From an uncultured Nitrospiraceae bacterium (GTDB lineage Bacteria > Nitrospirota > Thermodesulfovibrionia > Thermodesulfovibrionales > Dissulfurispiraceae), in the NCBI GenBank assembly GCA_963705105.1, contig CAVPIW010000012.1:128001-192000 (forward strand): DNA of 64,000 bases, in the 5' to 3' direction. The notes under the pieces were generated by a model. The model was not told the DNA's origin. It made no database searches and worked only from the letters and a program-made list of their open reading frames with translations. The translations under genes were made by a program, and so were the position numbers. Position 1 is the stretch's first letter. Every line of letters starts with the position of its first letter. Below, piece by piece: positions 1-10,382 of the stretch.

Positions 1-447
1 CATGTGGAGTGGCTCGATGCCACAGGCGCGCTGAGGAATGATCCGATCCTCACGTTCCCCGGCAACACGGGGACGGAGTGGCTCTTCCGCCGTCAGACGA
101 GGTCCCGCCACAACACCTCTGCCCCGGACATCAGGATCAAGTTGGCGTCGGTGAGATGCGCCGCGCTCCTCACGAGCGACTTCGTGCTTCATGTGCCCGC
201 CCTGAGCTTCAACGGCCGGTTGTTCTGGGCGGACTTGACCTATGTGCCGAACAGCTCCGACTTCGAGGCGACGGGAGCGGGCGTCGTGGAGAACACTGCT
301 GCTTTCAGCGGATGTCAGGCAGCCGCGCTGTCGGAGGACCTCAGCATCCATGTCCCCGTCATTGAGTTCTATGACGGACGGTATATGCTCGATCTGAAAT
401 ACAGCGGCGGAGTGACATTCACGGTGACGGGTGTCGGGTCGCTGTGA
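1..447 (+). CDS. C-terminal part of an exported-type protein ending in two tandem ~55-aa repeats (5' end outside window)
   Basis: Frame open from base 1; repeats AALLTSDFVLHVPALSFNGRLFWADLTY and AAALSEDLSIHVPVIEFYDGRYMLDLKY. Confidence 0.7.
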   Translation, partial: HVEWLDATGALRNDPILTFPGNTGTEWLFRRQTRSRHNTSAPDIRIKLASVRCAALLTSDFVLHVPALSFNGRLFWADLTYVPNSSDFEATGAGVVENTAAFSGCQAAALSEDLSIHVPVIEFYDGRYMLDLKYSGGVTFTVTGVGSL

Positions 448-452
448 GAGAT

Positions 453-659
453 AACCTTATTGTTGCAATATGCTCCCGGGAAAGGCGGGGTGTATGCGCC
501 GAAAACCTTGCTGCGGCGACACCATAATCGTTATTGAAGGAGAGGATGAAAGCCAAGATCGATGACACAAAGAGTGGAATCCTGAAACACGAAGCTGACA
601 ATGCGTATCGTCGCCTTCAGCAAGGCTTTGAGGCGCTTCGCCCCGCCTTTTCATGCAAC
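453..659 (+). repeat. MITE-like dispersed repeat, copy A (both ends present, centre replaced)
   Basis: 453-523 matches the family 5' part (aaccttattgttgcaat...gggaaaggcgggg...gcggcgacacc); 633-659 matches the 3' part (gcgcttcgccccgccttttcatgcaac). Confidence 0.8.
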
Positions 660-1228
660 TGAAAGGTATCATGCTGCATTTCCTGAGGAAACTGTTCGGG
701 ATGAAAAGACAGGAAGGCCAGACGGGCGATGCCCGGCCGAAAGACTCGAACGGGAAGAGGAAAAAGCCACGGCAGTCTTCCCCGGAGAGAACCGTAATGG
801 TCTCCGTGCTCTGTGATCTGGGCAACCCGATACCCTATCTTGAGGGCCAGGGATTCAGGGCAATACATGCCCTCCCGCGGGACCTGAAGGTCGAGCTCCA
901 GATAACCGGCGGATATTTCTCGTACATGCAAGGGGATTTCGGAGGGCACGGAAGGGCCGCGTCAGTCTTTCAGGTTCATCGTAAATCTGTCGATACATTG
1001 CGGTTGAACGAGATCGTGCAACGGGGACGGGTAATCGTTGCAACGGGAACGTACGAATGCATCCGGTATGGTTCGATCAGGCCTGTCCTGCATATTATCG
1101 GCCCGGAACCTCAGGTCCTGATAACCATTGAGAGCGAGTTGCTGGGACTTCAGGAACTGCACTCAGCGATAACAGACCTTGAGGTCGCGCTGAAATGGTG
1201 GACAGGAGAGGTGAGGTGGGTGGGGTGA
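653..1228 (+). CDS. hypothetical protein
   Basis: 191-aa ORF filling an intergenic gap; no recognised motif; start uncertain. Confidence 0.55.
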   Translation: MQLKGIMLHFLRKLFGMKRQEGQTGDARPKDSNGKRKKPRQSSPERTVMVSVLCDLGNPIPYLEGQGFRAIHALPRDLKVELQITGGYFSYMQGDFGGHGRAASVFQVHRKSVDTLRLNEIVQRGRVIVATGTYECIRYGSIRPVLHIIGPEPQVLITIESELLGLQELHSAITDLEVALKWWTGEVRWVG

Positions 1229-1343
1229 TAAAAGTACTGCAACGGCCCCCGTTGCATGGTGGGGATTGAAATGGATTTCTTTCATTGACACGGATACTGC
1301 CACTGTGTTTTCGACACCCCCCGAGAGCGTGATATAATGAGAA

Positions 1344-2677
1344 ATGAAGCGTTTGACGGCCGTTTTCATTATTCTCGCCCTTTCATTCATTACTTTCCTC
1401 GGCCTGATCTCCTCCTCCCAGGCCGAGACGAAGCCGGGCCCTGAGACGAAGGCGAGCCCCGAACGTGTCGTCCACGTTTTGACGGTAACGGCGTCATCAA
1501 CGCCGCCGCCGCGGAATACGTGCAGAAATCCCTTGACAAGTCGGCGGAAAGCGGCGCGGTGCTCTGTGTCATCGAGCTCGACACTCCCGGCGGTCTCGAC
1601 ACGTCCATGAGAAGCATCGTGAAGGCGATGAACGCCAGCTCCGTTCCCGTCGCAGTCTATGTCTCGCCCAGCGGGGCGCGGGCCGCGTCGGCCGGCGTCT
1701 TCATCACCATGGCGGCACATGTCGCCGCGATGGCGCCGGGCACGAACATCGGCGCCGCCCATCCCGTCGCCGTGGGCCAGAAGATGGACAAGGTCGCCTC
1801 CGAGAAGGCGACGAACGACTCTGTCGCCTACATCCGCTCCATCGCGGAGCAGCGGGGCCGGAACGCCCAGTGGGCGGAGCAGGCCGTGCGCAAGAGCGTG
1901 TCCGTCACGGAGAAGGAGGCGCTGAACCTGCATGTCATCGACGTGACGACGGATAATCTCGCATCTCTCCTTTCGGCCGTCAACGGGCGCTCGGTGCGTA
2001 CTGCCGCGGGCGACCGGACGCTCATGACCGCCGGCGCGAAGATCGTCCGCGTCGAAAAGGGGATCAGGCACAGGATCCTCGACCTGATCGGCGACCCGAC
2101 GGTGGCGTATCTGCTCATGCTCCTCGGCTTCTACGGAATATTCTTCGAGCTGACCAATCCCGGAACGGTCCTGCCGGGGGTCCTCGGCGGCATCTTCCTC
2201 GTGCTCGCCTTTTACGCCTTCCAGACCCTGCCTGTCAATTACGCGGGTCTTCTCCTGATCATTATCGGTCTCGTCCTCTTCATCCTCGAGGTGAAGATCA
2301 CGTCTTACGGCATGCTGACGATCGGCGGCATCCTCTCGATCGTCCTCGGCTCTCTCATGCTTTTCGACTCGCCCCTGCCCGTCTTCAAACTCTCGCTGAC
2401 GGTCGTCCTCCCTGCGGCACTCGTGACGGCCGTCTTCTTTGCGGTTACCGTCAGGCTCGCCTACAGGGCGGCGAGGAAGAAACCCGTGACCGGCGCCGAG
2501 GGGCTTGTGGGCATGACAGGCGTGGCAAAGACGGATGTCACCGGCAGCGGCGGCATGGTCCTCGTTCACGGGGAGTTCTGGACCGCCGAATCGCCCGCGC
2601 CGGTGAAGACGGGGGAGCAGGTCGTCGTCGAGGCGGTGGACGGTCTCCGCCTTCGCGTGAGACCGAAGTTTCCTTGA
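1344..2677 (+). CDS. nfeD: NfeD/ClpP-class membrane-bound serine protease; 1-nt frameshift near 1487 (probable sequencing error)
   Basis: Signal peptide in ORF 1344; LDTPGGL, ARAASAG, GTNIGAAHP, TM segment and C-terminal OB-fold (VHGEFW) in ORF 1520-2677; one extra A at gtaacggc restores V-N-G-V-I-N-A-A-A-A-E-Y. Confidence 0.88.
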
Positions 2678-2714
2678 AAAAAGTGAATTCCGTTCCTTAG
2701 AATAGTCAGACTTT

Positions 2715-3677
2715 ATGAGAGCCCTCGTTACCGGCGCGACCGGTTTCATCGGGAGTCATCTCACCGAGGCCCTTGTGCGGGAGGGATTCGATGTCACCTG
2801 CCTCGTCAGGGATCCGTCAAAGGCGGAGGTGCTCGAGGGACTCAATGTGAGAATCGCCGTCGGAGATTGCCTGAAGCGGGAGTCTCTCGACAGGGCCGTC
2901 GCCGATGCGGATTTCGTTTTCCACGTCGCAGGGCTGACAAAGAGCCATTCGCCGGAGCAGTTCCACGCCGTCAATGTCCTGGGAACGGAGAACGTACTCG
3001 ATGCGGTGAGCAGGAACAGCGAGAGGCTGAGGCGGTTCGTGCATGTCAGCAGTCTCGCTGCGGCCGGACCCTGCAGGAACGAGACGCCTCTCACCGAAGT
3101 GAACGAGCCGAAGCCCGTTTCGGTCTACGGCAAGTCCAAACTGGATGGCGAGAATGCGGTCCGTGCGCGAAAGGACGAACTGCCCGTCACGATCATAAGG
3201 CCCCCGGCCGTGTATGGTCCGCGGGACCGTGACATGCTCGTCTTCTTCAAGATGGTCAAGAGCGGCATCTTCCCGTACTGGGGAAAGTGCTTTTATTCTT
3301 TCATCTACGTCGACGATCTTGTCCGCGGGCTCATCATGTCCGCCCTCAGCAGGGAGGCGGAGGGAGAGACTTTTTTTCTCTCTGATGGTAATATGTATTC
3401 TACGGATGAAATATTCTCTGCGCTCTCTCTGGCGCTCCAGAGGAAGCCCCTGAAGGTGCTGCTGCCGAGGTGCATTCTCACCGTCCTGGGCCGCCTTACG
3501 GTGAGGACGGGGAGTGCTTCCATCATGAATGCCGATAAATTCAGAGAGCTCATGTTTACGCGCTGGTTGTGCGACGCCCGGAAGGCAGCGGTCAGGCTGA
3601 ACTTTATTCCGGGCGTTGATCTGCAGAAAGGGATGAAATGGACAGCGGACTGGTACAGGATTCATCGATGGCTGTAA
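2715..3677 (+). CDS. NAD-dependent epimerase/dehydratase (extended SDR); candidate ceramide/ketosphinganine reductase
   Basis: VTGATGFIG and YGKSK motifs; overlaps the start of spt. Confidence 0.85.
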   Translation: MRALVTGATGFIGSHLTEALVREGFDVTCLVRDPSKAEVLEGLNVRIAVGDCLKRESLDRAVADADFVFHVAGLTKSHSPEQFHAVNVLGTENVLDAVSRNSERLRRFVHVSSLAAAGPCRNETPLTEVNEPKPVSVYGKSKLDGENAVRARKDELPVTIIRPPAVYGPRDRDMLVFFKMVKSGIFPYWGKCFYSFIYVDDLVRGLIMSALSREAEGETFFLSDGNMYSTDEIFSALSLALQRKPLKVLLPRCILTVLGRLTVRTGSASIMNADKFRELMFTRWLCDARKAAVRLNFIPGVDLQKGMKWTADWYRIHRWL

Positions 3678-4867
3678 AGAAAGGCGTGGATCTCTTCGAG
3701 AAGTGCCGCAGGTTTACGGCGGCGAAGGAACTCCAGAGCATCGGCATCTACCCTTTCTTCAGGATGATCGAAAGCGCTCAGGACCCCGTCGTCATTCTCA
3801 ACGGCAGGCGGATGATCATGGTCGGCTCGAACAACTACCTGGGGCTCACGAATCACCCGAAGGTCAAAGAGGCGGCCATCGAGGCGGTGAAGAAGTACGG
3901 CACGGGATGCGCGGGATCGCGCTTCCTCAACGGCACCCTGGACATCCATGTCCGCCTTGAGGAAAAGCTCGCCTCGTTTATGAGGAAAGAGGCGGCCCTC
4001 GTCTTCTCGACGGGGTTCCAGGTCAACCTCGGCGTCATCTCGGCCCTCGTCGGCAAGGACGATGTCGTCATCATCGACAAGATGGACCACGCGAGCATCG
4101 TCGACGGATGCAGGCTGTCCTACGGCGAGGTGAAGAGGTTCCGGCACAATGACGTGGCCGACCTGGAGCGCATCCTCGCCGGGAGCGACGGACGGGGCAA
4201 ACTCGTCGTCGTCGACGGCGTCTTCAGCATGGAGGGCGATATCATCAATCTGCCCGACGTCGTCACGATAGCGGCTCAATACGGCGCCCGGCTGATGGTT
4301 GACGACGCCCACGGGATCGGGGTCCTCGGCAAGACGGGCAGGGGGACGGCGGAGCATTTCGGACTTGAAAAGGAAGTAGACCTTATCATGGGCACGTACA
4401 GCAAGTCCCTGGCGTCCATCGGCGGCTTTGTGGCGGCGGACGCGGACGTCATTCACTACATCAAGCATTTTGCACGGGCGCTCATGTTCAGCGCAAGCCC
4501 GACGCCCGCTTCCATCGCGGCTGTCAGCGTCGCCCTCGACATCATCGAAAACGAGCCCGAACGGATTGCGCAGTTATGGAAAAACACCCATAAGATGCTC
4601 AAGGGATTCCGTGAACTCGGCTTCGAAATCGGCCCCAGCGAAACGCCGATCGTCCCCATCGTCGTCGGTGATGATATGATCGCCTTCCGCATGGCACGGA
4701 TGCTCCAGGACGAGGGCGTCTTTGCGAACGTCGCCGTTTCACCGGCCGTTCCGCCCGGCAAGTCCCTCATCCGGACGAGTTACATGGCCACCCACACCGA
4801 TGAGCACCTTGACGAGGTGCTCGGGGCGTTCCGGAAAGTCGGCAGGGCTCTCGGCCTTATTCCATGA
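3668..4867 (+). CDS. spt: PLP-dependent alpha-oxoamine synthase, serine palmitoyltransferase type
   Basis: [51 protein letters not shown](PLP Lys); resembles Bacteroidota-type SPT; lies next to a cerS-like gene. Confidence 0.82.
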   Translation: MAVKKGVDLFEKCRRFTAAKELQSIGIYPFFRMIESAQDPVVILNGRRMIMVGSNNYLGLTNHPKVKEAAIEAVKKYGTGCAGSRFLNGTLDIHVRLEEKLASFMRKEAALVFSTGFQVNLGVISALVGKDDVVIIDKMDHASIVDGCRLSYGEVKRFRHNDVADLERILAGSDGRGKLVVVDGVFSMEGDIINLPDVVTIAAQYGARLMVDDAHGIGVLGKTGRGTAEHFGLEKEVDLIMGTYSKSLASIGGFVAADADVIHYIKHFARALMFSASPTPASIAAVSVALDIIENEPERIAQLWKNTHKMLKGFRELGFEIGPSETPIVPIVVGDDMIAFRMARMLQDEGVFANVAVSPAVPPGKSLIRTSYMATHTDEHLDEVLGAFRKVGRALGLIP

Positions 4868-4886
4868 GCGGCCCTGGGGCTCCGCC

Positions 4887-5999
4887 GTGAAGTCCGTCCG
4901 GGTCAGGGAAGCGGTGACCAAAGATGACATGCTCGGCTTCATCCGCTTACCCCTCCGCCTTTACCGTGAAGATCACCTGTACGCCCCGCAATTGACGAGG
5001 GACCTCCTCGTCCATTTTTCCCGTAAGAATCCCTTCCTCCGGGAAGCGGAGGTGAGGTTTTTTCTCGCCTATCACAAGGGACGCATTGCGGGGCGCATCG
5101 CCTCCATCATCAGTCATGAGCACATCGCGCTGCACGGCGAGAAGGCAGGTTTTTTCGGGTTCTACGAGTGCATTGACGACAGGGCCGTCTCATCGGCGCT
5201 GCTCGGGGCCGTCGGTGACACGCTGAAGGCGCAGGGCCTGGAGATCATGCGCGGTCCCATGAATTTCTCGACCAATGAAGAATGCGGGTTCCTGATCGAG
5301 GGCTACGAAGACCCTCCCATGCTCATGACGCCCCACAACCCTCCCTATTACCGGGATCTGATGGAGGAGGCGGGGTTTGAGAAGGCGAAGGACCTGTACG
5401 CATACCTTCACACGGTGGCCCCGCAACTGCCGGAGAAGGTGGTGCGCGTGGCCGCCCTGGCTGAGCGCAAGGGTATCAGGGCGAGGACCATCGACATGAA
5501 GAACTTCGGGTCGGAAATGCTTGCATTCAGGGAGGTCTACAACTCGGCCTGGCAGAAGAACTGGGGTTTCCTCCCCATGACCGTCGATGAACTCGGGTAT
5601 ACGGCGAAACGGTTGAAACCCCTCGTCAATCCGCGGTTGTGCATCATTGCGGAATACAAGGGCGAACCCGTCGGATTTCTCGGCATGGTCCCGGACTTCA
5701 ACGAAGTGCTGAGGCTCATGCACGGAAGGATCACTCCCGTCACTCTCCTGAAGGCCCTCTGGCACAGCCGCAAGATACGGAACCTCAGACTTCTCCTGTA
5801 CGGGATCAAGGAGCCCTTCCGGAACCGGGGGGTTGACGCCCTCATGTTCAGTGAGGGCTTTAAGACCGTCAAGGAAGGGTATCGTCATGTCGAGTTCTCA
5901 TGGATTCTCGAAGACAACGAGCCGGTGAAGAGGATTGCCGAGATGTTCAGCGCCAGACTGTACAAAAAATACAGGATCTTCGAGAAGAAGCTCACGTAA
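4887..5999 (+). CDS. GNAT-fold protein resembling bacterial ceramide synthase (bCerS/YghO-like)
   Basis: GRIA..GFFGFYE, RGPMNFSTNEECGFL, MTPHNPPYY, KAKDLYAY, EFSWILEDN motifs; GTG start inferred at 4887. Confidence 0.75.
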   Translation: MKSVRVREAVTKDDMLGFIRLPLRLYREDHLYAPQLTRDLLVHFSRKNPFLREAEVRFFLAYHKGRIAGRIASIISHEHIALHGEKAGFFGFYECIDDRAVSSALLGAVGDTLKAQGLEIMRGPMNFSTNEECGFLIEGYEDPPMLMTPHNPPYYRDLMEEAGFEKAKDLYAYLHTVAPQLPEKVVRVAALAERKGIRARTIDMKNFGSEMLAFREVYNSAWQKNWGFLPMTVDELGYTAKRLKPLVNPRLCIIAEYKGEPVGFLGMVPDFNEVLRLMHGRITPVTLLKALWHSRKIRNLRLLLYGIKEPFRNRGVDALMFSEGFKTVKEGYRHVEFSWILEDNEPVKRIAEMFSARLYKKYRIFEKKLT

Positions 6000-6004
6000 A
6001 AGAC

Positions 6005-6104
6005 AGTGTGAGTGTGAGTGTGAGTGCCAGTGAAGGAGTATTTTGTGACATTCACACTATATCAAAACCTTCCTTTCACTGACACTGACACTCACACTCA
6101 CACT
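6005..6104. repeat. Long imperfect palindrome built from GTGTGA/GTGTCA hexamers between convergent genes (possible bidirectional terminator/REP)
   Basis: 6005-6037 is nearly the reverse complement of 6071-6104. Confidence 0.75.
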
Positions 6105-7336
6105 ATCTTTTTCAGGACAAGGACCGCGTTCATGCCCCCGAAGCCGAAGGAATGGGTCATCATGACGCGCAACGGGGCCTGTCTTGCCTCCCTTGACACG
6201 TTGACGGTACATGCCGGATCAGGTTCGGACAGGTTCAAGGTGGGTGGGATGATGCCTTCCCGGAGGCTCCTGAGTGCGCAGGCGATCTCGAAGGCCCCCG
6301 ATGCGGCAAGCATGTGGCCGGTCATCGACTTGACGGCGCTCAGGGGGATGTCCGCTCTGTCCCTGAAGACCCTCCTGATCGCCGATGCCTCCACCTTGTC
6401 GCCGATCGATGTTGACGTGCTGTGCGCGCTGATCGCATCGATGTCAGCAGCCGTGATGCCCGCATCGTCTATGGCCTGCTCCATCGCGCGGACCTGTCCC
6501 TGCAGGTCGGGAGAGGTGATGTGAAAGGCGTCGGTCGTGTTGCTGTATCCGATGACTTCTCCATAAACGGGGGCGTTTCTCGACAATGCGGATTCCAGGT
6601 CTTCAATCACGAGAACGGCCGCGCCTTCGGACAGCACAAAGCCGTCCCTGTTTTTATCGAAGGGCCTGCTTGCCCCGGGGCCCTCGATCTTTGACAGGGC
6701 GCCTGCACATCCGTACCCCTCGATGCTGATCCTGCAGAGAGGCGCCTCCGTTCCCCCGGCGATCACGATCCGGGCGCACCCGTGTCTGACAAGGCGACAT
6801 GCCTCTCCGACGGCGATGGAGCCGGAGGCGCAGGCATTCGAGATGCCAAGGCAGGCGCCCCTGATCCCGAGCTTCTGTGCGACCACGGACGCCGCCATGC
6901 CGATGGTGGACGACGGCATGACGTAGGGTGAAAGTCGCGAGGGAGAGCCGGAATACAACTTCTTCGATTCCCTCTCGATCGTCATGATGCCGCCGCGGCT
7001 CGACCCGATGACGACTCCTGAAGACAGCGGAATGATATTCGTGGGCTGCCGTCCGGGGATGAGCAGCCGTGCATCCTCCGCTGCCATGGTGGCAGCGGCA
7101 ACGGCGTACTGTATGAAAGGATCGTAGCGCAGCATCTCCTTCCGGGTCAGGAAGGCGGAAGGGTCAAAATCCGTCACTTCACCGGCATATCGCCAGGGGA
7201 GCCCCGAGGCGTCGAACCTCGTGATCCGTCCGATGCCGGACACACCTCTCCTGACCATGTCCCACGATAACGCGAAGGTGCCGGCAAGAGGGGTGACCGC
7301 CCCGATGCCCGTTACGACGACTCTTTTCATATCCAT
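6098..7336 (-). CDS. fabF: beta-ketoacyl-ACP synthase II
   Basis: RVVVTGIG, NACASG (Cys), SRPFDKNRDGFVLSEG, AHSTST, KSMTGH, SFGFGG. Confidence 0.92.
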   Translation of the reverse strand: MDMKRVVVTGIGAVTPLAGTFALSWDMVRRGVSGIGRITRFDASGLPWRYAGEVTDFDPSAFLTRKEMLRYDPFIQYAVAAATMAAEDARLLIPGRQPTNIIPLSSGVVIGSSRGGIMTIERESKKLYSGSPSRLSPYVMPSSTIGMAASVVAQKLGIRGACLGISNACASGSIAVGEACRLVRHGCARIVIAGGTEAPLCRISIEGYGCAGALSKIEGPGASRPFDKNRDGFVLSEGAAVLVIEDLESALSRNAPVYGEVIGYSNTTDAFHITSPDLQGQVRAMEQAIDDAGITAADIDAISAHSTSTSIGDKVEASAIRRVFRDRADIPLSAVKSMTGHMLAASGAFEIACALRSLREGIIPPTLNLSEPDPACTVNVSREARQAPLRVMMTHSFGFGGMNAVLVLKKIV

Positions 7337-7342
7337 CCTGAG

Positions 7343-7390
7343 ACAGTGTGAGTGACAGTGACAGTGACAGTGTGAGTGTCAGTGCCGGTG
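7343..7390 (+). repeat. Hexamer tandem repeat (gtgaca/gtgtga)
   Basis: acagtgtgagtgacagtgacagtgacagtgtgagtgtcagtg; same motif as at 6005, 43675, 56183 and inside the MITE. Confidence 0.7.
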
Positions 7391-7586
7391 ACAAGAAGCA
7401 TATTTTATCGTACCATAGCCGCATGCTGAAGATGCCTTATCTTTTTTTCGTTGTCCATTTATGGTAAAGTTGTTATATAAAAACAAATTGCTTTTTTATA
7501 GTCAATAATTGCTGTCTATAACAATCAGGACCGCGCATACCCCTGGTTCCCGGGGTGGTTAGAAATCTTTTTTTGCAAAGAGCGAT

Positions 7587-8454
7587 ATGAAGAGGACATT
7601 GAAAGAACGCAGGGAAAAGCTGGGATTCTCGCTCCATGAGATCGCGCTGAAGACGAGGATCAGGGTCTCTTTTTTGAAGGCGATTGAGGAGGGGATGTAT
7701 GACGAACTCCCCGGTGACGTCTATGCCCGCGGGTATATCAAGGACTACGCCAGGTTCCTCGGCGTCCCCCCGGAAGCAGGAAATCGCTTCCTACGAAGAG
7801 CATCTCGCAAACAAAAAGATCGTGCCGGCGGAGGAGGAAAAAAAGGTCCAGCCTCAGGCCGACCGGGTAAGGAGCGTGAGGATGCCCGCAATCAGCTTCC
7901 CCCGGAGGCTCATGTGGGTCATGCCGGCGATTCTGGTCCTCCTCGTGGCGGTTGCGCTCGTGCAGTACAGGTACGGCGGAAACGCGGGCGTCCCCCGGAA
8001 GGCTTCCCCGGAGGCCCCTGTCAGCGCTCCCGTCAAGACTGACGAGAGCGTCGCTCAGCAGGGCGGCGAACAGGCCCCTTTGAAGCCGTCGCCGGAAGGC
8101 CCCGTCGCATCGGAGCGGGAAACCCGCAAGGATGGCCACAACCTCGATATCGTCGCGACCGATGCCGTCTGGCTCCAGGTCGTGATCGACAATGCCGACA
8201 AGAGGGAAATGCAGTTGCAGCCCGGTGAGCGGGTGTCCCTTTCCGCAAGAGAATCATTTGCGCTCAAGATCGGAAACGCCGGCGGCGTGAAACTGAAATT
8301 CGACGGCAGGGATTTCGAAAACCTGGGACAAAAAGGCCAGGTCATCAGGCTCCATCTTCCCGAAGCTGTCCCGCAGGGCATCACGACAGGACAGAACAGG
8401 TCCATTATCACGCCTGCCGAGGCCTCTTCTCAAACGATGCTGCGACAGCAGTAA
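7587..8454 (+). CDS. rodZ: RodZ-like HTH / TM / DUF4115 protein; frameshift near 7770 (probable error)
   Basis: N-terminal HTH (LKAIEEG..LPGDVYARGYIKDYARFLG) in one frame; TM helix and WLQV..IGNAGGV in the next. Confidence 0.85.
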
Positions 8455-8459
8455 GCCCC

Positions 8460-10382
8460 ATGAAATTCGGCACCGTCGGTGACCATCTCAATGCCAGGAC
8501 GGTCACTATATTCGCCATTCAGTTCCTCCTCGTCATGACCGTCCTCGGTTACCGCGCCTGGACGGACACGAGCATCGAGTGTGTCCGCTGCCACGGGGAC
8601 CGCCAGAAGATGGAGAAATACGGGTTCCCGGCCATGTATATGACGAGGGAGATGGTGGAGCGGGAATCGGGTCATCCCAATGTGCAGTGCCGTGATTGCC
8701 ATCTCGGCGACGGCAGGGCGAGGTCACCGGAAAAGGCCCACAAGGGCATGCTCGCCGTCCTCATTATCGACAATAACGGCGCCGTTCTGAAGAGGAAAGA
8801 CGTCCATCGTCGCGACCTCGTGCCGGAAGGTGAGGACAGGATCCGGGAGATGCTCCCGCAGGTTGCCGGGAACGGCGGACTAACCCCTCATCCCGATGTG
8901 CGGAATGTCCTGTGGCATGACAGGGACCCGGTCACGCTGAACTTCGATCCGGCCATCGCTGCGAAAACGTGCGGCAAACCGGACTGCCATCCGGAGGAGC
9001 TCAAACAATTCAGGACGACGGTCATGGGGGCCAATTTCCGGCAGAGGACCATGGTGACATGGCTGAAGCCTTACGGCCCTCAGAATTGAGGGCCCTCCTT
9101 CGCGGATCTGCCTCCGGCGGAGGCACTCACGGGAGCCGGCTTCTCATCTAAGAATACCGAAGAGATCAGGAAGGAAATCGCCGTCCCCTTTTCGCAGGAA
9201 CAGGCCGAGGCGAAACAACGCTTCTGCAACGTCTGCCACACGGGCTGCCTCGATTGCCACTACGCGCCGGACCGTGAAAAGGGTGTACACCATTTCCAGA
9301 ACAGGCCGCGCTCCGAGACCTGCGGCGGCTATGGAAGGGGCACGAGCATCTGCCATCCCGGCGCCATGCAGAGCAGGCGCGGAGAGACCTACATCGGGGG
9401 GGACTACTCGATCCCGACGGGTATGGAACCCGACGTGCATTACAAAAAGGACATCCACTGCGCCGACTGCCATAGCACCGGTGTGCGGGGCATGGGAGAC
9501 ATGCAGCGCAAGGCCCACTGCCAGGACTGCCATATCGAGATCGAAGAGGCCCATGCCGCAAGCATCCACCGCAACCTCGACTGCTCCACCTGCCATATCA
9601 ACGAACTGAGGGGCTACCAGGTCGTGATCTGGGGACCGGGCGAGGTGGCGGGCAAGGCAAATCCCTTCAAGAAGTATTCCCTCTATTACGGCATCCAGAA
9701 GCCCCCCATCCTCATGAAGGACCAGAAGGGGCGGTGGATGGCGGTGAAGGTCTTCCCGCACAGCGTCGGAAACATGGCGAACGATGTGGGACCGTCGGGA
9801 AAAGTGCAGTTCCGCTGGCCCGGCGGGGAGACGCGCGATCCCTATTACATCGTCGGGACCTTTTCCGCCCCCTCCAACAACAAACACCTCCTCTGGCTCG
9901 AGATTCAGCAGGCTTCACATCCCTACGGCAAGGGGAGGAGCTGCGGGAGCTGTCACGGTGACAGGCAGGTGACGACATCGCGGTGGGAGTATATGGACGA
10001 CCAGGGGGCGGCGGCGCCCTTCGCAGGCGGATACAGGATCGTCGCGGACAAGGACGGACTGCGCGTTGTCGATCTGCGCAGCACCTCGGAGATCAAACCG
10101 GCGCCGGGGTATAAACCGGAGGACTTCGCCGCGTGGCTCTATTTCAGGGACAAGTGGAGCATGCCCGGTGACTTCTCGATCAGCACTGAGAAGGAGAAAT
10201 ATGCGCGGTACCTGTCCCTGTCGAAGAAGATGGAGGTGGAGCTGAGAGAGATGGAAAAACGTGTCGGAAAGGATGACAAGAGGGCGCAGAAGAGATTCAA
10301 AGAGCTGAGGGGAGTGGTGCGTCACAACGAGGACAAGGCCCCCGACGCGATCGGCGCGTTCAGGGAGAAGGCGGGACGATGA
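8460..10382 (+). CDS. Membrane-anchored multiheme cytochrome c, 640 aa, read through in-frame TGA 9087-9089 (candidate selenocysteine)
   Basis: ORFs 8460-9089 and 9366-10382 share a frame; the 92 codons between have no stop and encode CNVCH and CLDCH; 8 CXXCH in total plus CX4CH and CX9CH. Confidence 0.85.
9109..9125 (+). promoter_or_regulatory. Candidate bacterial SECIS apical hairpin
   Basis: TGCCTCC-GGC-GGAGGCA; G-initiated loop 26 nt after the TGA. Confidence 0.7.

Noticed and set aside
1163..2749. Long antisense ORFs (528 aa here; also 15035-16138, 49327-50316 and others)
   Set aside because: Shadows of GC-rich genes on the opposite strand, with no motifs
3668..4867. Annotation as bioF or kbl
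   Set aside because: No bio or tdh genes nearby; sequence pattern and the cerS-like neighbour favour spt, pending phylogeny
1480..7780. Frameshifts in nfeD and rodZ (also DUF3795, DUF1254, ecotin, hicA) as programmed frameshifts or true pseudogenes
   Set aside because: They are single-base indels, often in short homopolymers, scattered through otherwise intact genes; typical of long-read error
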